Assembly (NCBI GenBank): GCA_001795615.1
Contig: MGKI01000014.1
Location: 5,380-69,379, forward strand
Direction of reading: 5' to 3'
DNA: 64,000 nt
Source of the DNA: Candidatus Yanofskybacteria bacterium RIFCSPLOWO2_01_FULL_42_49
GTDB lineage: Bacteria; Patescibacteriota; Minisyncoccia; 2-02-FULL-40-12; GWA2-44-9
The notes below the pieces were generated by a model, which did no database searches, was not told the DNA's origin, and saw only the letters and a list, made by a program, of their open reading frames with translations. A program made the position numbers and the translations under genes. Positions 46,367 through 55,836 of the stretch are shown one piece after another (the stretch's first letter is position 1; every line of letters starts with the position of its first letter).

Positions 46367-47563
46367 ATGATTTATAGATACCCTCTAGCTGACGATACTG
46401 TAACCAAGGATGATCGAGAGGCCTTGGCTCAGTGGATCTTGGAAGATCCGTCTCCACGTTTTACAATGGGACCGCTGGTAAGGCAATATGAGGAAAAATG
46501 GTCTAACTGGCTGGGAAGACGGTATTCTGTATCTTGTAACTCGGGTTCATCGGCAAACTTGCTGATGTATTATGCCCTGCTTCGTTCAAGCCGGTTGAAA
46601 AACAAAAAAGTCATCGTACCCAGCGCCGCTTGGGTTACCACCATAGCACCTGCTATTCAGTTGGGGTTTGAACCGATAATGTGCGATGCCGACTATGATA
46701 CATGGGCGCTTAATCGAAGACATTTGAGACAACTGCTTGAAGAACACCATCCCGGAACCGTAACATTGGTTCAGGTTCTCGGAGTTCCCCATAATATGGG
46801 TGACCTGATGGAGTTAAAAAATAAATACGGATTTTTTCTTCTTGAAGACTCTTGCGCCGCAATGGGTTCATCATACCATGGAAAAAAGGTCGGAACATTT
46901 GGCGACATGGCTTCAATGTCAACCTACTATGGACACCAGTTTTCTACTATAGAAGGCGGTTTTGTTTCAACAGACGATAAAGACTTATCCGACATGCTCG
47001 TGATGCTAAGAAGCCACGGCTGGGTGGCTCATCTTGACCCGGAAACCAGAGCTGGAATGCTCAAGAAATATGAAATAGAAGATATCGGAACTAATTTCGT
47101 TTTCTGTGAACCGGGGTTTAACTTCCGACTGACCGATCTTCAGGCATTTATCGGTATGCGGCAATTAAACAGAATGAACTGGCTGGTTGAAAGAAGATCT
47201 GAAAATCACCGCCTTTACAAGCAACTTCTTGGTAGTCGGTTTATAACACAGGCCTACGACGACAAGACAACTGTCTGCAGTATCCATTTTTGCGCGTTAG
47301 CGGCTAATTACGAAGAAAGAAATTATATTATTAAGATGCTTGAAAACGAGAGCATAGAAACGCGGCCCTTTACTTCGGGCAACCAGGGACTACAGCCGTA
47401 TTGGTTCAGAGAATATGGAAAATTTTCCTCTTCTATGGCCAATAAACTTTATCATTGCGGGTTTTTTCTGCCCAATCATCCGTATCTTAAAAAAGAAGAT
47501 ATCGAGTTTATCTGTTCGGTAGCGACCAAAGCGGTTCAAGACTTCCGAAAAAGAGGAAAATAA
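46367..47563 (+). CDS. DegT/DnrJ-family PLP enzyme, ColD-like 3-dehydratase type
   Basis: NSGSSANLL, LEDSC, STYYGHQFSTIEGG (His at the Schiff-base Lys position), LRSHGW, GFNFR. Confidence 0.85.
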   Translation: MIYRYPLADDTVTKDDREALAQWILEDPSPRFTMGPLVRQYEEKWSNWLGRRYSVSCNSGSSANLLMYYALLRSSRLKNKKVIVPSAAWVTTIAPAIQLGFEPIMCDADYDTWALNRRHLRQLLEEHHPGTVTLVQVLGVPHNMGDLMELKNKYGFFLLEDSCAAMGSSYHGKKVGTFGDMASMSTYYGHQFSTIEGGFVSTDDKDLSDMLVMLRSHGWVAHLDPETRAGMLKKYEIEDIGTNFVFCEPGFNFRLTDLQAFIGMRQLNRMNWLVERRSENHRLYKQLLGSRFITQAYDDKTTVCSIHFCALAANYEERNYIIKMLENESIETRPFTSGNQGLQPYWFREYGKFSSSMANKLYHCGFFLPNHPYLKKEDIEFICSVATKAVQDFRKRGK

Positions 47564-48511
47564 ATGGCAAAAATCCTTGTGACTGGTGCGGCAGGATATA
47601 TCGGTTCAATTCTTGTTCCCATGCTTTTACGAGAAAGCCACGAAGTTGTTGTTTTGGATAACTTCATGTATAGACAAAACTCTCTGCTCGATTGTTGCAA
47701 TGACAAGAGATTGGTCATCATACGAGGTGACACCAGAGACGAGAAGCTGGTCGATAAAATCTTTAGAGACTACCCCCTTGATTATGTGTTTCCCCTCGCG
47801 GCCATAGTAGGAGCCCCGGCTTGCGACAAAGATCCGATAAGTTCCACGACAACAAATGTTGGCGGGGTAATGGAGGTTTCGCAAAGATGGATCGGGGCGC
47901 GAACCCCGCGAATAATTTTCCCAAACACCAATAGTGGCTACGGCATAGGCCAAGAAGGCGTTTATTGCACAGAAGATAGTCCGCTTAATCCGATATCTCT
48001 TTATGGCCGCCAGAAGGTTGAGGCGGAAAAATCTGTCTTGGAAATCGGCAACACGATCGTGTTGCGGTTAGCCACCGTATTCGGCGTTAGTCCAAGAATG
48101 CGTCTTGACCTTCTAGTCAACGACTTCGTCCATAGAGCCATGAACGATCATTATGTTGTCCTCTTTGAGCCGCACTTCAAAAGAAATTATATTCATGTCC
48201 GAGATGTGGCCAGGGCATTTATTCATTGCATGGAAAACTTTGACACGATGAAAAACCAGGTCTACAATCTTGGTTTAAGTGACGCAAATCTAAGCAAGTG
48301 GGAACTTTGCGAAGAGATACAAAAACAGGTGCCAAATTTCTACTTTATCGAAGCAAAAATAGGCGAAGATCCGGATAAACGCAACTACATTGTCAGCAAC
48401 GCAAAAATAGAAGCAACCGGATTTCGTCCCCGTTTTTCTCTACAAGACGGAATTGCTGAGTTGATAAGAGGCTACCGAATCATAAGGAAAAGTGAATTTT
48501 CTAACCTATAG
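47564..48511 (+). CDS. NAD-dependent epimerase/dehydratase
   Basis: TGAAGYIG, LAAIVG, YGRQK, RLATVFG, RMRLDLLVNDF, DKRNY. Confidence 0.9.
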   Translation: MAKILVTGAAGYIGSILVPMLLRESHEVVVLDNFMYRQNSLLDCCNDKRLVIIRGDTRDEKLVDKIFRDYPLDYVFPLAAIVGAPACDKDPISSTTTNVGGVMEVSQRWIGARTPRIIFPNTNSGYGIGQEGVYCTEDSPLNPISLYGRQKVEAEKSVLEIGNTIVLRLATVFGVSPRMRLDLLVNDFVHRAMNDHYVVLFEPHFKRNYIHVRDVARAFIHCMENFDTMKNQVYNLGLSDANLSKWELCEEIQKQVPNFYFIEAKIGEDPDKRNYIVSNAKIEATGFRPRFSLQDGIAELIRGYRIIRKSEFSNL

Positions 48512-48534
48512 AGAGCAAGAAGCTCTCTATTTTT
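48508..48534. terminator. Terminator hairpin between convergent genes
   Basis: ATAGAGAGC-AAGAA-GCTCTCTAT followed by Ts. Confidence 0.65.
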
Positions 48535-48538
48535 ATTT

Positions 48539-49036
48539 TTATTTAGCGGATCTTATTTTCTCAATAATTTTTGAGGTTGAAATATTTGCAAATTTTGGAG
48601 GACAAAAACGCTCAAGAACGATAATTGTAACCCCGTACTTTCTGGCTAGATTTTTTCTGTAAGGAATATCGAAGGCATCTTGGTTTATAATATATGCATC
48701 GGGTTTTAATTTTTTAAAAGTTTCTTCAATTATATCAAGGGGGTGGTTATCCTTTTTGCTTTCATCTAAAAAACAATAGTCTACCGGTTTAATAGAATCA
48801 ATTAACTTTAACCTGATGTGTTGATTTAAAATTGGACGGTTCTTGCCTTTGTTTACTTTCAGTATGTAGTCGTTTCCGACTCCGACAACAAGAATATCTC
48901 CATATTTTTTGCAATCTTCAAAAAATAAAACATGCCCGGCATGGGTCAGGTCAAAAGAACCCGAACAGAAAACTATCTTCTCGTCCTTGTGTTGCTCCCT
49001 TATTAACTTGAGGCCGTTATAGTTTTTACAAATCAT
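48539..49036 (-). CDS. Cytidylyltransferase-family nucleotidyltransferase (RfaE-domain-II-like)
   Basis: GSFDLTHAGH, LVVGV, KGKNRPI, ISTSKII; start moved to ATG 49036. Confidence 0.85.
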   Translation of the reverse strand: MICKNYNGLKLIREQHKDEKIVFCSGSFDLTHAGHVLFFEDCKKYGDILVVGVGNDYILKVNKGKNRPILNQHIRLKLIDSIKPVDYCFLDESKKDNHPLDIIEETFKKLKPDAYIINQDAFDIPYRKNLARKYGVTIIVLERFCPPKFANISTSKIIEKIRSAK

Positions 49037-49139
49037 AGCCCCTATAATATACAGAAAATCATCTGACTTGACAAATACATAATTTAATAATACACATAAC
49101 AATAAAGTGGCGGTAAATTTTAAAAATAAGGAGAGCGTC

Positions 49140-49715
49140 TTGGAGGTGAAACCTTGGGAGAAAGTGGGCGAACCCAATACCATAATTCAAATACATGACA
49201 AGCGGATAGTTATGCGGAAATTTAAAAATCCACGCACCAATAAGGTGGAGGAGTTTTATCAGTTCGGAACCACGCCCTATGCTTGTATCATTCTGCCTTT
49301 AAACACTGACAACGAGGTTCTAGCTGTAAAACAATTTCGTCACGGAGCAGATAAAATTTTACTCGAACTTCCGGGTGGAAACCCCAAAACGCCGGAACAA
49401 ACACCCGAAGAAGTGGCGGAAGAAGAGCTGTTTGAAGAATCGTTGGGCCACAGAGCAGAAAAGATTATAAAATTAAACAGTGAACCGCTGTGGTTTAATC
49501 CGGCAACTTTCATTACGCCATTCCACGCATTTCTTGCCCTTGGCTGCCGCCAAACAGAAGAAAGTTTTAAATTAGATCAAGGGGAATATCTAGAGTTAAC
49601 CAAAATCCCCCTGAAAAAATGGCTTGCTATGTGCACCAGCGGTAAAATCGTTGATGCAAAATCAATGGCCGTAACGTTTTTAGCCCTTGATAACATCGGC
49701 CTAAAAATTACATAG
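49140..49715 (+). CDS. Nudix hydrolase (ADP-sugar pyrophosphatase-like, variant Nudix box)
   Basis: VKQFRHG, LELPGG, AEEELFEESLG, IVDAKS; TTG 49140 behind AAGGAG. Confidence 0.8.
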   Translation: MEVKPWEKVGEPNTIIQIHDKRIVMRKFKNPRTNKVEEFYQFGTTPYACIILPLNTDNEVLAVKQFRHGADKILLELPGGNPKTPEQTPEEVAEEELFEESLGHRAEKIIKLNSEPLWFNPATFITPFHAFLALGCRQTEESFKLDQGEYLELTKIPLKKWLAMCTSGKIVDAKSMAVTFLALDNIGLKIT

Positions 49716-49770
49716 AACGGCCTCGAAACTGTCACGATAAAAACCCCGATTATGCGGGGCTTTTTAATAA

Positions 49771-51606
49771 TTAGCAATAAAAATAACCGAACCAATTGCC
49801 AATGCGTTCTACGACACTATCTACATCGAGTTTATTCCGTTCCCAAATTACGTCTCGGCCGCCAAGATCAAATATAAACGAGCCTGGTAAACCAATCCTC
49901 AAAAGTCGTTTCTTAATATTTAAGTCAGCAAACATTTCCGCAACTGACCCCCCAAGACCACTAGTTAAGTAGTCCTCCTCATAAGTAACAATTTTGTCTA
50001 CTGGCCATATCTTCTTATCCGTCAAAATATTGATGTCAATCGGCTTCAACCTGAATACATCAACAACGCCAACATCTAATCCCCATAAATCGCCGAGCCT
50101 GTTTGCGACATCTAGCGCCGGAAATACCGTAACTCCCGTTGCCAAAATATAGACATCAGTTCCAGTTTTTACGACTCCAAACCCCTTATCAAGATCTGGC
50201 AAATTGTCAGGAGAATAAATATCAGGCACATCTTTTCTATCAAAGCTCAAGTAAAGCGGTTTTTTAAAGCCGTCGGCGTAACTTGCCAAGGCCCTACCGG
50301 TTACGGCATCGGCAGGTTGAAAGATTGTGAGATTTGGCCAAATTTTCAAGCTGGCAATTGAACCTATAGCATGATGGGTTGGCCCCATTACACTGTATGA
50401 GAGACCGGCGCCGACACCTATAAGAACAATGGGCAAATTCATCGCGCACATATTTAACTTAACAAATTCCTGGCAACGGAAAGAAGTAAATGGAGCTATC
50501 GCCAATGCATAGGGTCTATAACCCTCCAGGGCCAACCCCGCAGACATACCAATCATTTGTTCTTCGGCAATGCCGACATTTACAAATTGCCCGGGCAGAT
50601 CGGCAAATTGAAACAACTTAAGGCCACCGTCATCAGCGCTTACAATCACATTCTTTTTGTTGTTCTTAAAAATAGGAAATAGGGTTTCAAAAAATTCATC
50701 GCGAATACTCGAAACCTTCATTGGCTGATCAGTAGCCTCGATTTGATAATTGGGTTTCGGGTTAGAACTTCCAAGGACAACACCGAGATCCCGTTCAAGC
50801 TGTTTAACCTCTTCGTTATTCGGCGTACGATTATGCCACAAACGCTGATCAGCCATAAAACCGCCTTTTCCTTTTACGGTCTCGGCGAGAATAGCCAAGG
50901 GCCTGGGGTCGGTACGATAACGAACATCATTAAATGCAGAAAATATCTCTTGAAACGAATGGCCGTCGATAACCCTGGTCTCAAATCCAAAAGCTCTTAG
51001 TTTATCCTCTACCGGATCCAGATATATATCCAACTGTGTTTCTCTGCTGTCATTGCGTCCTATTGTAAACAAGTGGTTTCTGTTAACAACCAAAACTAAT
51101 CTATTCATTAAAAGAGTACTGGCCGTTATCATTGCTTCCCAATTTGAACCTTCGCAGAGTTCTCCGTCTCCCGTCAAACACATCACCAACCAGTCAGATT
51201 TTTCGTTTTTTGCAACAAGAGCGCGACCGGTGGCAATAGGCAAACCGTGGCCCAAAGAACCAGTCAATATTTGAATACCGGGCGTATGCGGCTCCGAATG
51301 AACACCCAGAATACTGTCTTTGCCGGCAAAATTTTCCAACTCCTTATGAGAAAAGAATCCGACATCAGCCAAAACAGGATAAAGCCCGATGGCTGCCTGT
51401 CCTTCACTTAAGATAAACCTGTCCTGTTCCGACCATGTCGGATCAGTGGGGTTATATCTCAAAATTTTACCGTGATACAGGGCCACAAAAAGTTCCGCCA
51501 AAGAAAACCCGGTTGTCATGTGGCCAAATCCTTTGTTAACCGCCATTTTAGCTACCGTCTGCCTAACCCAGAGAGCTTTTTTCTTCAGTTCAGAATAATC
51601 ATTCAT
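49771..51606 (-). CDS. Transketolase-like protein (fused N- and C-terminal halves)
   Basis: DRFILSEG, TGSLGHGL, GDGELCEGSNWEA, TVKGKG, NVGIAEEQMIG, GPTHH, FRLKPID. Confidence 0.9.
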   Translation of the reverse strand: MNDYSELKKKALWVRQTVAKMAVNKGFGHMTTGFSLAELFVALYHGKILRYNPTDPTWSEQDRFILSEGQAAIGLYPVLADVGFFSHKELENFAGKDSILGVHSEPHTPGIQILTGSLGHGLPIATGRALVAKNEKSDWLVMCLTGDGELCEGSNWEAMITASTLLMNRLVLVVNRNHLFTIGRNDSRETQLDIYLDPVEDKLRAFGFETRVIDGHSFQEIFSAFNDVRYRTDPRPLAILAETVKGKGGFMADQRLWHNRTPNNEEVKQLERDLGVVLGSSNPKPNYQIEATDQPMKVSSIRDEFFETLFPIFKNNKKNVIVSADDGGLKLFQFADLPGQFVNVGIAEEQMIGMSAGLALEGYRPYALAIAPFTSFRCQEFVKLNMCAMNLPIVLIGVGAGLSYSVMGPTHHAIGSIASLKIWPNLTIFQPADAVTGRALASYADGFKKPLYLSFDRKDVPDIYSPDNLPDLDKGFGVVKTGTDVYILATGVTVFPALDVANRLGDLWGLDVGVVDVFRLKPIDINILTDKKIWPVDKIVTYEEDYLTSGLGGSVAEMFADLNIKKRLLRIGLPGSFIFDLGGRDVIWERNKLDVDSVVERIGNWFGYFYC

Positions 51607-51616
51607 AATTTCAATG

Positions 51617-51673
51617 ACCTCTTGTTTTTAAGGATCTTCGTTATTTTGTATCATTAATTACAAATAAATACAA
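51617..51673 (-). promoter_or_regulatory. Promoter plus boxA-like 12-mer and SD
   Basis: TTGTAT, 17 nt, TACAAA; GATCCTTAAAAA (51625-51636); GAGGT. Confidence 0.55.
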
Positions 51674-51747
51674 TCGTCCACAACCAATGTATCGTGCCTA
51701 TTAATAACTAAAAACCGCTACTTAGGATAGCGGCTTGAAAATTAATA

Positions 51748-53277
51748 CTACGGCAGACCGATAGGCCTTAGGGCATATTTTCTTCCGGGTTTTTCTTTTG
51801 CCATATCAACTATATAACCGACGGCGGCTTGACCGAATAACTCTTCGGTTTTTGCAAGATAGGCTGGGTTGTTAAAATATCGATACCAGGCATCATCTCT
51901 AAACCACAGAACCTCTTCACCCGATAAATATTTAGTGGGCATTGGCAGACATTCCCAAGAATACTGAGAAAAACCTAACCATGAGTCCGGCAGTTTCAGG
52001 CCGTCGGCAACGGCTTTACTATATAAAGCCGTCCCGGGCAACGCCATGCAAGAATAAAAATTTGAGCTTGGAGTATCTAGGTCAACGGCTAAATTAAGTG
52101 TCTGCTGCATTGCGGCCAAATCATCATCCGGCAAACCAAAAATATAATTGGCAAGAACATGAATACCGGAGTTTTTAAGAACTCCCACCACATTATAAAT
52201 AGACTGCTGGTCAAACTTTTTATCAACGCTCATACGAGACTGGATATTCCCACCTTCTATTCCAAGACAAACCCAGTTGATGCCAGCACTTTTCAGGTCA
52301 TCCTGCATATTATTCACCGAATCAGGTCTTGCATAACACCAGATATTAAGACCGTATTTACGTTCAGCCAGCAATTTACAAATAGATGTAACATGGGCTT
52401 TGTGCTGAACAAAAAGCTCGTCCGCAAATTTGATGTTTTTTACTCCGTACCTCTGAACCAGCTGATCTATCCACCCAACAACAGCTCGTGGAGACCATTT
52501 TCTATAACTGTTGGTCTCTACAGATAAACCTTTGGCCAGCTCACCGCTCTTAAACGGTAACTGAATATTGCAAAAATCGCAGTGATATGGACAGCCAAGA
52601 GTCGTGTACATTGAAGCATAGGGCTGACGGATAGCTTCGTTATAATTGCAGTGCCAATCGTGAGCTTTATATAAAGACATCGGAAAAAGATCGTAGGCCA
52701 TACCGTTCATTTCATTATCTAGATCCCAAATTAATTGAGACCTTAGGCCTGAGAAAATAGGTTTGCCGTCTTCTCTGTACCATAAGTCTCCAACTTTCTT
52801 ATATTCGTTATCCCCGGCAATGATAGCTTCAATAAGTTCCGAAATACTAACCGGCCCTTCACCTTGACAGACAAAATCACAAACTTCCTCTCTTAGGGTT
52901 CTGGCCGGCAAAGCCACGACATGACCGCCAACCATAATTATGGGTATATTCGGTGATATTTGCTTAAGTATTCGACAAAATTCTCCTGCCGCGGGCATAG
53001 TTTGAGTTGTCGATGAGGGATTGTGCCCATAAACCACCATGGCCACAAGGCGTGGATTCATATCAGCAACATCACGAGCTGCTTGTTCCTGGCTATATCC
53101 TTGATACTCCAATGCATTTATATCCAGCAAGTTAACACTCTTACCTTTTGTCCTAAGGTACGAGGCAATAAGCCCCGCCCAAACTGGTGTTTCAATGGCT
53201 GTATATTGTGCCATCCGCTGATAAGCTTCCTTGCGGCCACCCGGATTGATGATGACCACATCTAATTGTTTAGCCAC
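51748..53277 (-). CDS. B12-binding radical SAM protein
   Basis: VGGHV, QGEG, TLGCPYHCDFC, FADELF, LGIE, YIFGLP. Confidence 0.9.
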   Translation of the reverse strand: MAKQLDVVIINPGGRKEAYQRMAQYTAIETPVWAGLIASYLRTKGKSVNLLDINALEYQGYSQEQAARDVADMNPRLVAMVVYGHNPSSTTQTMPAAGEFCRILKQISPNIPIIMVGGHVVALPARTLREEVCDFVCQGEGPVSISELIEAIIAGDNEYKKVGDLWYREDGKPIFSGLRSQLIWDLDNEMNGMAYDLFPMSLYKAHDWHCNYNEAIRQPYASMYTTLGCPYHCDFCNIQLPFKSGELAKGLSVETNSYRKWSPRAVVGWIDQLVQRYGVKNIKFADELFVQHKAHVTSICKLLAERKYGLNIWCYARPDSVNNMQDDLKSAGINWVCLGIEGGNIQSRMSVDKKFDQQSIYNVVGVLKNSGIHVLANYIFGLPDDDLAAMQQTLNLAVDLDTPSSNFYSCMALPGTALYSKAVADGLKLPDSWLGFSQYSWECLPMPTKYLSGEEVLWFRDDAWYRYFNNPAYLAKTEELFGQAAVGYIVDMAKEKPGRKYALRPIGLP

Positions 53278-53280
53278 GGA

Positions 53281-53299
53281 CCCTCCGTTTTTAAAGGAC
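53281..53299 (-). promoter_or_regulatory. boxA-like 12-mer plus SD
   Basis: GTCCTTTAAAAA (53288-53299) then GGAGGG before the GTG start. Confidence 0.6.
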
Positions 53300-53356
53300 T
53301 TACTAACTATTTCAGAAAACTTTAAAACAAAAAAACTAATTAATCAAGAATGAGCA

Positions 53357-53412
53357 TTGACTACCTGAAAATTTTAATTTATATTGCTGCCAAGTTCGTT
53401 CATTAACAAGGG
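53357..53412 (+). promoter_or_regulatory. Promoter plus boxA-like 12-mer and SD
   Basis: TTGACT (53357-53362), 17 nt, TATATT (53380-53385); GTTCATTAACAA (53398-53409); AAGGG. Confidence 0.7.
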
Positions 53413-53417
53413 CAAAA

Positions 53418-54392
53418 ATGATTAAGAAAAAAGTGCTCATAACAGGCATCACAGGTTCATGCGGTAGCTATCTTGCTGACTATATTGTCAAATACCATCC
53501 CGAGTTTGAAATCCATGGTATCTCTCGCTGGCACAGTACTAGCACGCCTAGAAACTTATCTCAATCATTCAAGAACGTTAAAATGCATGAATGCGATCTG
53601 AACGATTTCAGTTCTACTCTTCGCGTGTTGAAAACGGCGCAACCTGATTTTATTTTTCATGTTGCCTCTCATGCCAATGTGCGTGCATCTTTCATTAATC
53701 CTATTGCTGTATTACAAAATAATATTATGTGTACGGCTAATTTATTCGAAGCACTGCGGCTAGCCGAGATTGATCCGCGAATACAGCTATGCAGTACATC
53801 GGAAGTTTACGGACAGGTTGACCCCAAAAATGTCCCTATCCGTGAAGATTGCCCGATGAATCCGGTAAGTCCTTATGCCGTATCAAAAACAACCCAGGAC
53901 CTTTTAGGTAATGCGTACTTCAAGGCTTATGGGATGAAGATCGTTAGAACGAGAATGTTCACATATATGAATCCTCGAAGAGAAGACCTTTTCATGACAT
54001 CGTTTTCTATGCAAGTAGCTCGCATTGAGGCCGGGATTCAAAAAGAACTTCTTCACGGCAATTTGGACTCCGTAAGAACCGTCATTGATATCCGGGACGC
54101 GATGGAAGCCTATTGGATGTCCCTACAGAAATGCCGGCCAGGAGAAGCATATAACATCGGTGGTACAACCAGTATTACGGTAGGAGATTTTCTAGAAACT
54201 CTTAAGCAACATGCAACCTGTCCTATTCCTTCCCGTTTGGATCCTGAATTATTACGACCGACAGATGTAACCTTGCAAATACCGGACACAACTAAATTCA
54301 CTTCTGAAACTGGCTGGAAACCACAACATAGCCTTGAAGACAGTACAGATTTTCTGTTGAGATACTGTCGTGAAAGAGTAAATCCGTTATGA
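53418..54392 (+). CDS. GDP-mannose/GDP-heptose 4,6-dehydratase-like SDR
   Basis: ITGITGSCGSYLA, HVASHANV, STSEVYG, SPYAVSK, GNLDSVR, RPTD. Confidence 0.85.
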   Translation: MIKKKVLITGITGSCGSYLADYIVKYHPEFEIHGISRWHSTSTPRNLSQSFKNVKMHECDLNDFSSTLRVLKTAQPDFIFHVASHANVRASFINPIAVLQNNIMCTANLFEALRLAEIDPRIQLCSTSEVYGQVDPKNVPIREDCPMNPVSPYAVSKTTQDLLGNAYFKAYGMKIVRTRMFTYMNPRREDLFMTSFSMQVARIEAGIQKELLHGNLDSVRTVIDIRDAMEAYWMSLQKCRPGEAYNIGGTTSITVGDFLETLKQHATCPIPSRLDPELLRPTDVTLQIPDTTKFTSETGWKPQHSLEDSTDFLLRYCRERVNPL

Positions 54393-54943
54393 TGAAACCT
54401 TGGCCAAGAATAGGCAGAATAGAGACTATCACCAACGAACGAGGCAGAAGCCTAAGAAGGGAAACATTTCAAAGTCCGATAAAAAAAGAGGAATTTATTA
54501 TCTTTAATAGCGACCAAGGAACCTCTGCGGTCGTAATGCCGATAACTGAAGACGATCATGTTTTAGTCATCAAACAATTCCGCGCCGGAGCAAACCATGT
54601 GCTTTTGGAGCTCCCCGGCGGAGGTAAAAACAAAGAAGACGCAACCTTTCTAGAAACTGCCAAGCGTGAGTTATTGGAAGAAACCGGTTACTTGTCAGAG
54701 GAAGTCGTTCCTTTGTCAGAGAATGAGATTTGGCAAGAACCTGTTATCTGTACAACCAGTTTTTATCCGTTTTTGGCGTTAAATTGCCGATATGTATCGC
54801 AACCGCAGCCGGATTCAAATTGTCTCGAAATGGTGAAGATTAAACTGGAAGAATGGCTGAGTATTATAGGCTGGGGGCTAGTTCAAGATAGTAAAAGTCT
54901 AGCCACGACTCTGATAGCTTTAAAACACATTAAACGCCTTTAG
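54389..54943 (+). CDS. Nudix hydrolase
   Basis: IKQFRAG, LELPGGG, AKRELLEETGY, QDSKS. Confidence 0.88.
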   Translation: MMKPWPRIGRIETITNERGRSLRRETFQSPIKKEEFIIFNSDQGTSAVVMPITEDDHVLVIKQFRAGANHVLLELPGGGKNKEDATFLETAKRELLEETGYLSEEVVPLSENEIWQEPVICTTSFYPFLALNCRYVSQPQPDSNCLEMVKIKLEEWLSIIGWGLVQDSKSLATTLIALKHIKRL

Positions 54944-55024
54944 GCGTTTTTTGGTTATTTTGACATAAATCACTCAGTATTATATTGTAGTAGCCAGCTA
55001 AAGTACTTTTAAAAAACGAGGAGA
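54932..55024 (+). promoter_or_regulatory. Terminator, promoter, boxA-like 12-mer and SD junction
   Basis: AAACGCCT-TT-AGGCGTTT hairpin; TTGACA (54960-54965); GTACTTTTAAAA (55003-55014); GAGGAG. Confidence 0.65.
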
Positions 55025-55025
55025 C

Positions 55026-55835
55026 ATGAATCTCGAACTGAAAGGAAGGTTGGCTTTAGTTACCGGTTCAACCCGCGGACTAGGCAAAGCCATTGCTGAA
55101 GCATTAGCGGCAGAAGGCGCCGACATTATCATAAATGGACGATGGAGTAAAACCGTCGGCAACGTTGCATACGAAATTGAACATAAATTCGGTCATAACA
55201 TTCACGTTTATCAATGCGCATGTGACGCAACTGACCCCAAAAAAATAAAAGAATTTTTTAGCGGAAAAATGCTCCAGATAGGCCACTTGGATATTCTGGT
55301 GAACAATATCGGCAACTTAGAAAAATTCGGAAATTTTTTCGAACTTGAAGATGAGAACTGGTTAAGATGCTACGACCTAACCTGCATGAGCGCGGTCCGC
55401 TTCACCAGAGAAGCCATACCATATCTTGAAAGATCCGGACGCGGAAGAATAATCAATATCTCGAGTTTGTCGTCGCATCAGCCGGGTAACTTTTCTCCCC
55501 ATTACTCTGCGGCAAAAGCGGCTATGAATAACTTGACTAAGCATTTAGCCAATGTTTTGGGAGGTAAAAATATTCTGGTAAATGCGGTCTGTCCCAGCAC
55601 TCTCTCGAGCGGAGGATGGGCTCAAAACATCATAGACAGATCGAGAAGAGACGGAATTACAACTGAACAGGCCGAACAACTGATGCGCAATGAAGACAAT
55701 AAAAAATCTCCCCTTGGCCGAATAGGCATGGCGGAAGATGTCGCAAATTTAGTGGTATACCTGGCCTCTGATAAAGCAAATTTCCTAACCGGACATATTT
55801 TTGATATTGACGGCGGAATTACAAGAGGGGTATGA
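55026..55835 (+). CDS. Classical SDR oxidoreductase
   Basis: TGSTRGLG, LDILVNN, YSAAK, PLGRIG, DGG. Confidence 0.9.
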   Translation: MNLELKGRLALVTGSTRGLGKAIAEALAAEGADIIINGRWSKTVGNVAYEIEHKFGHNIHVYQCACDATDPKKIKEFFSGKMLQIGHLDILVNNIGNLEKFGNFFELEDENWLRCYDLTCMSAVRFTREAIPYLERSGRGRIINISSLSSHQPGNFSPHYSAAKAAMNNLTKHLANVLGGKNILVNAVCPSTLSSGGWAQNIIDRSRRDGITTEQAEQLMRNEDNKKSPLGRIGMAEDVANLVVYLASDKANFLTGHIFDIDGGITRGV

Positions 55836-55836
55836 G

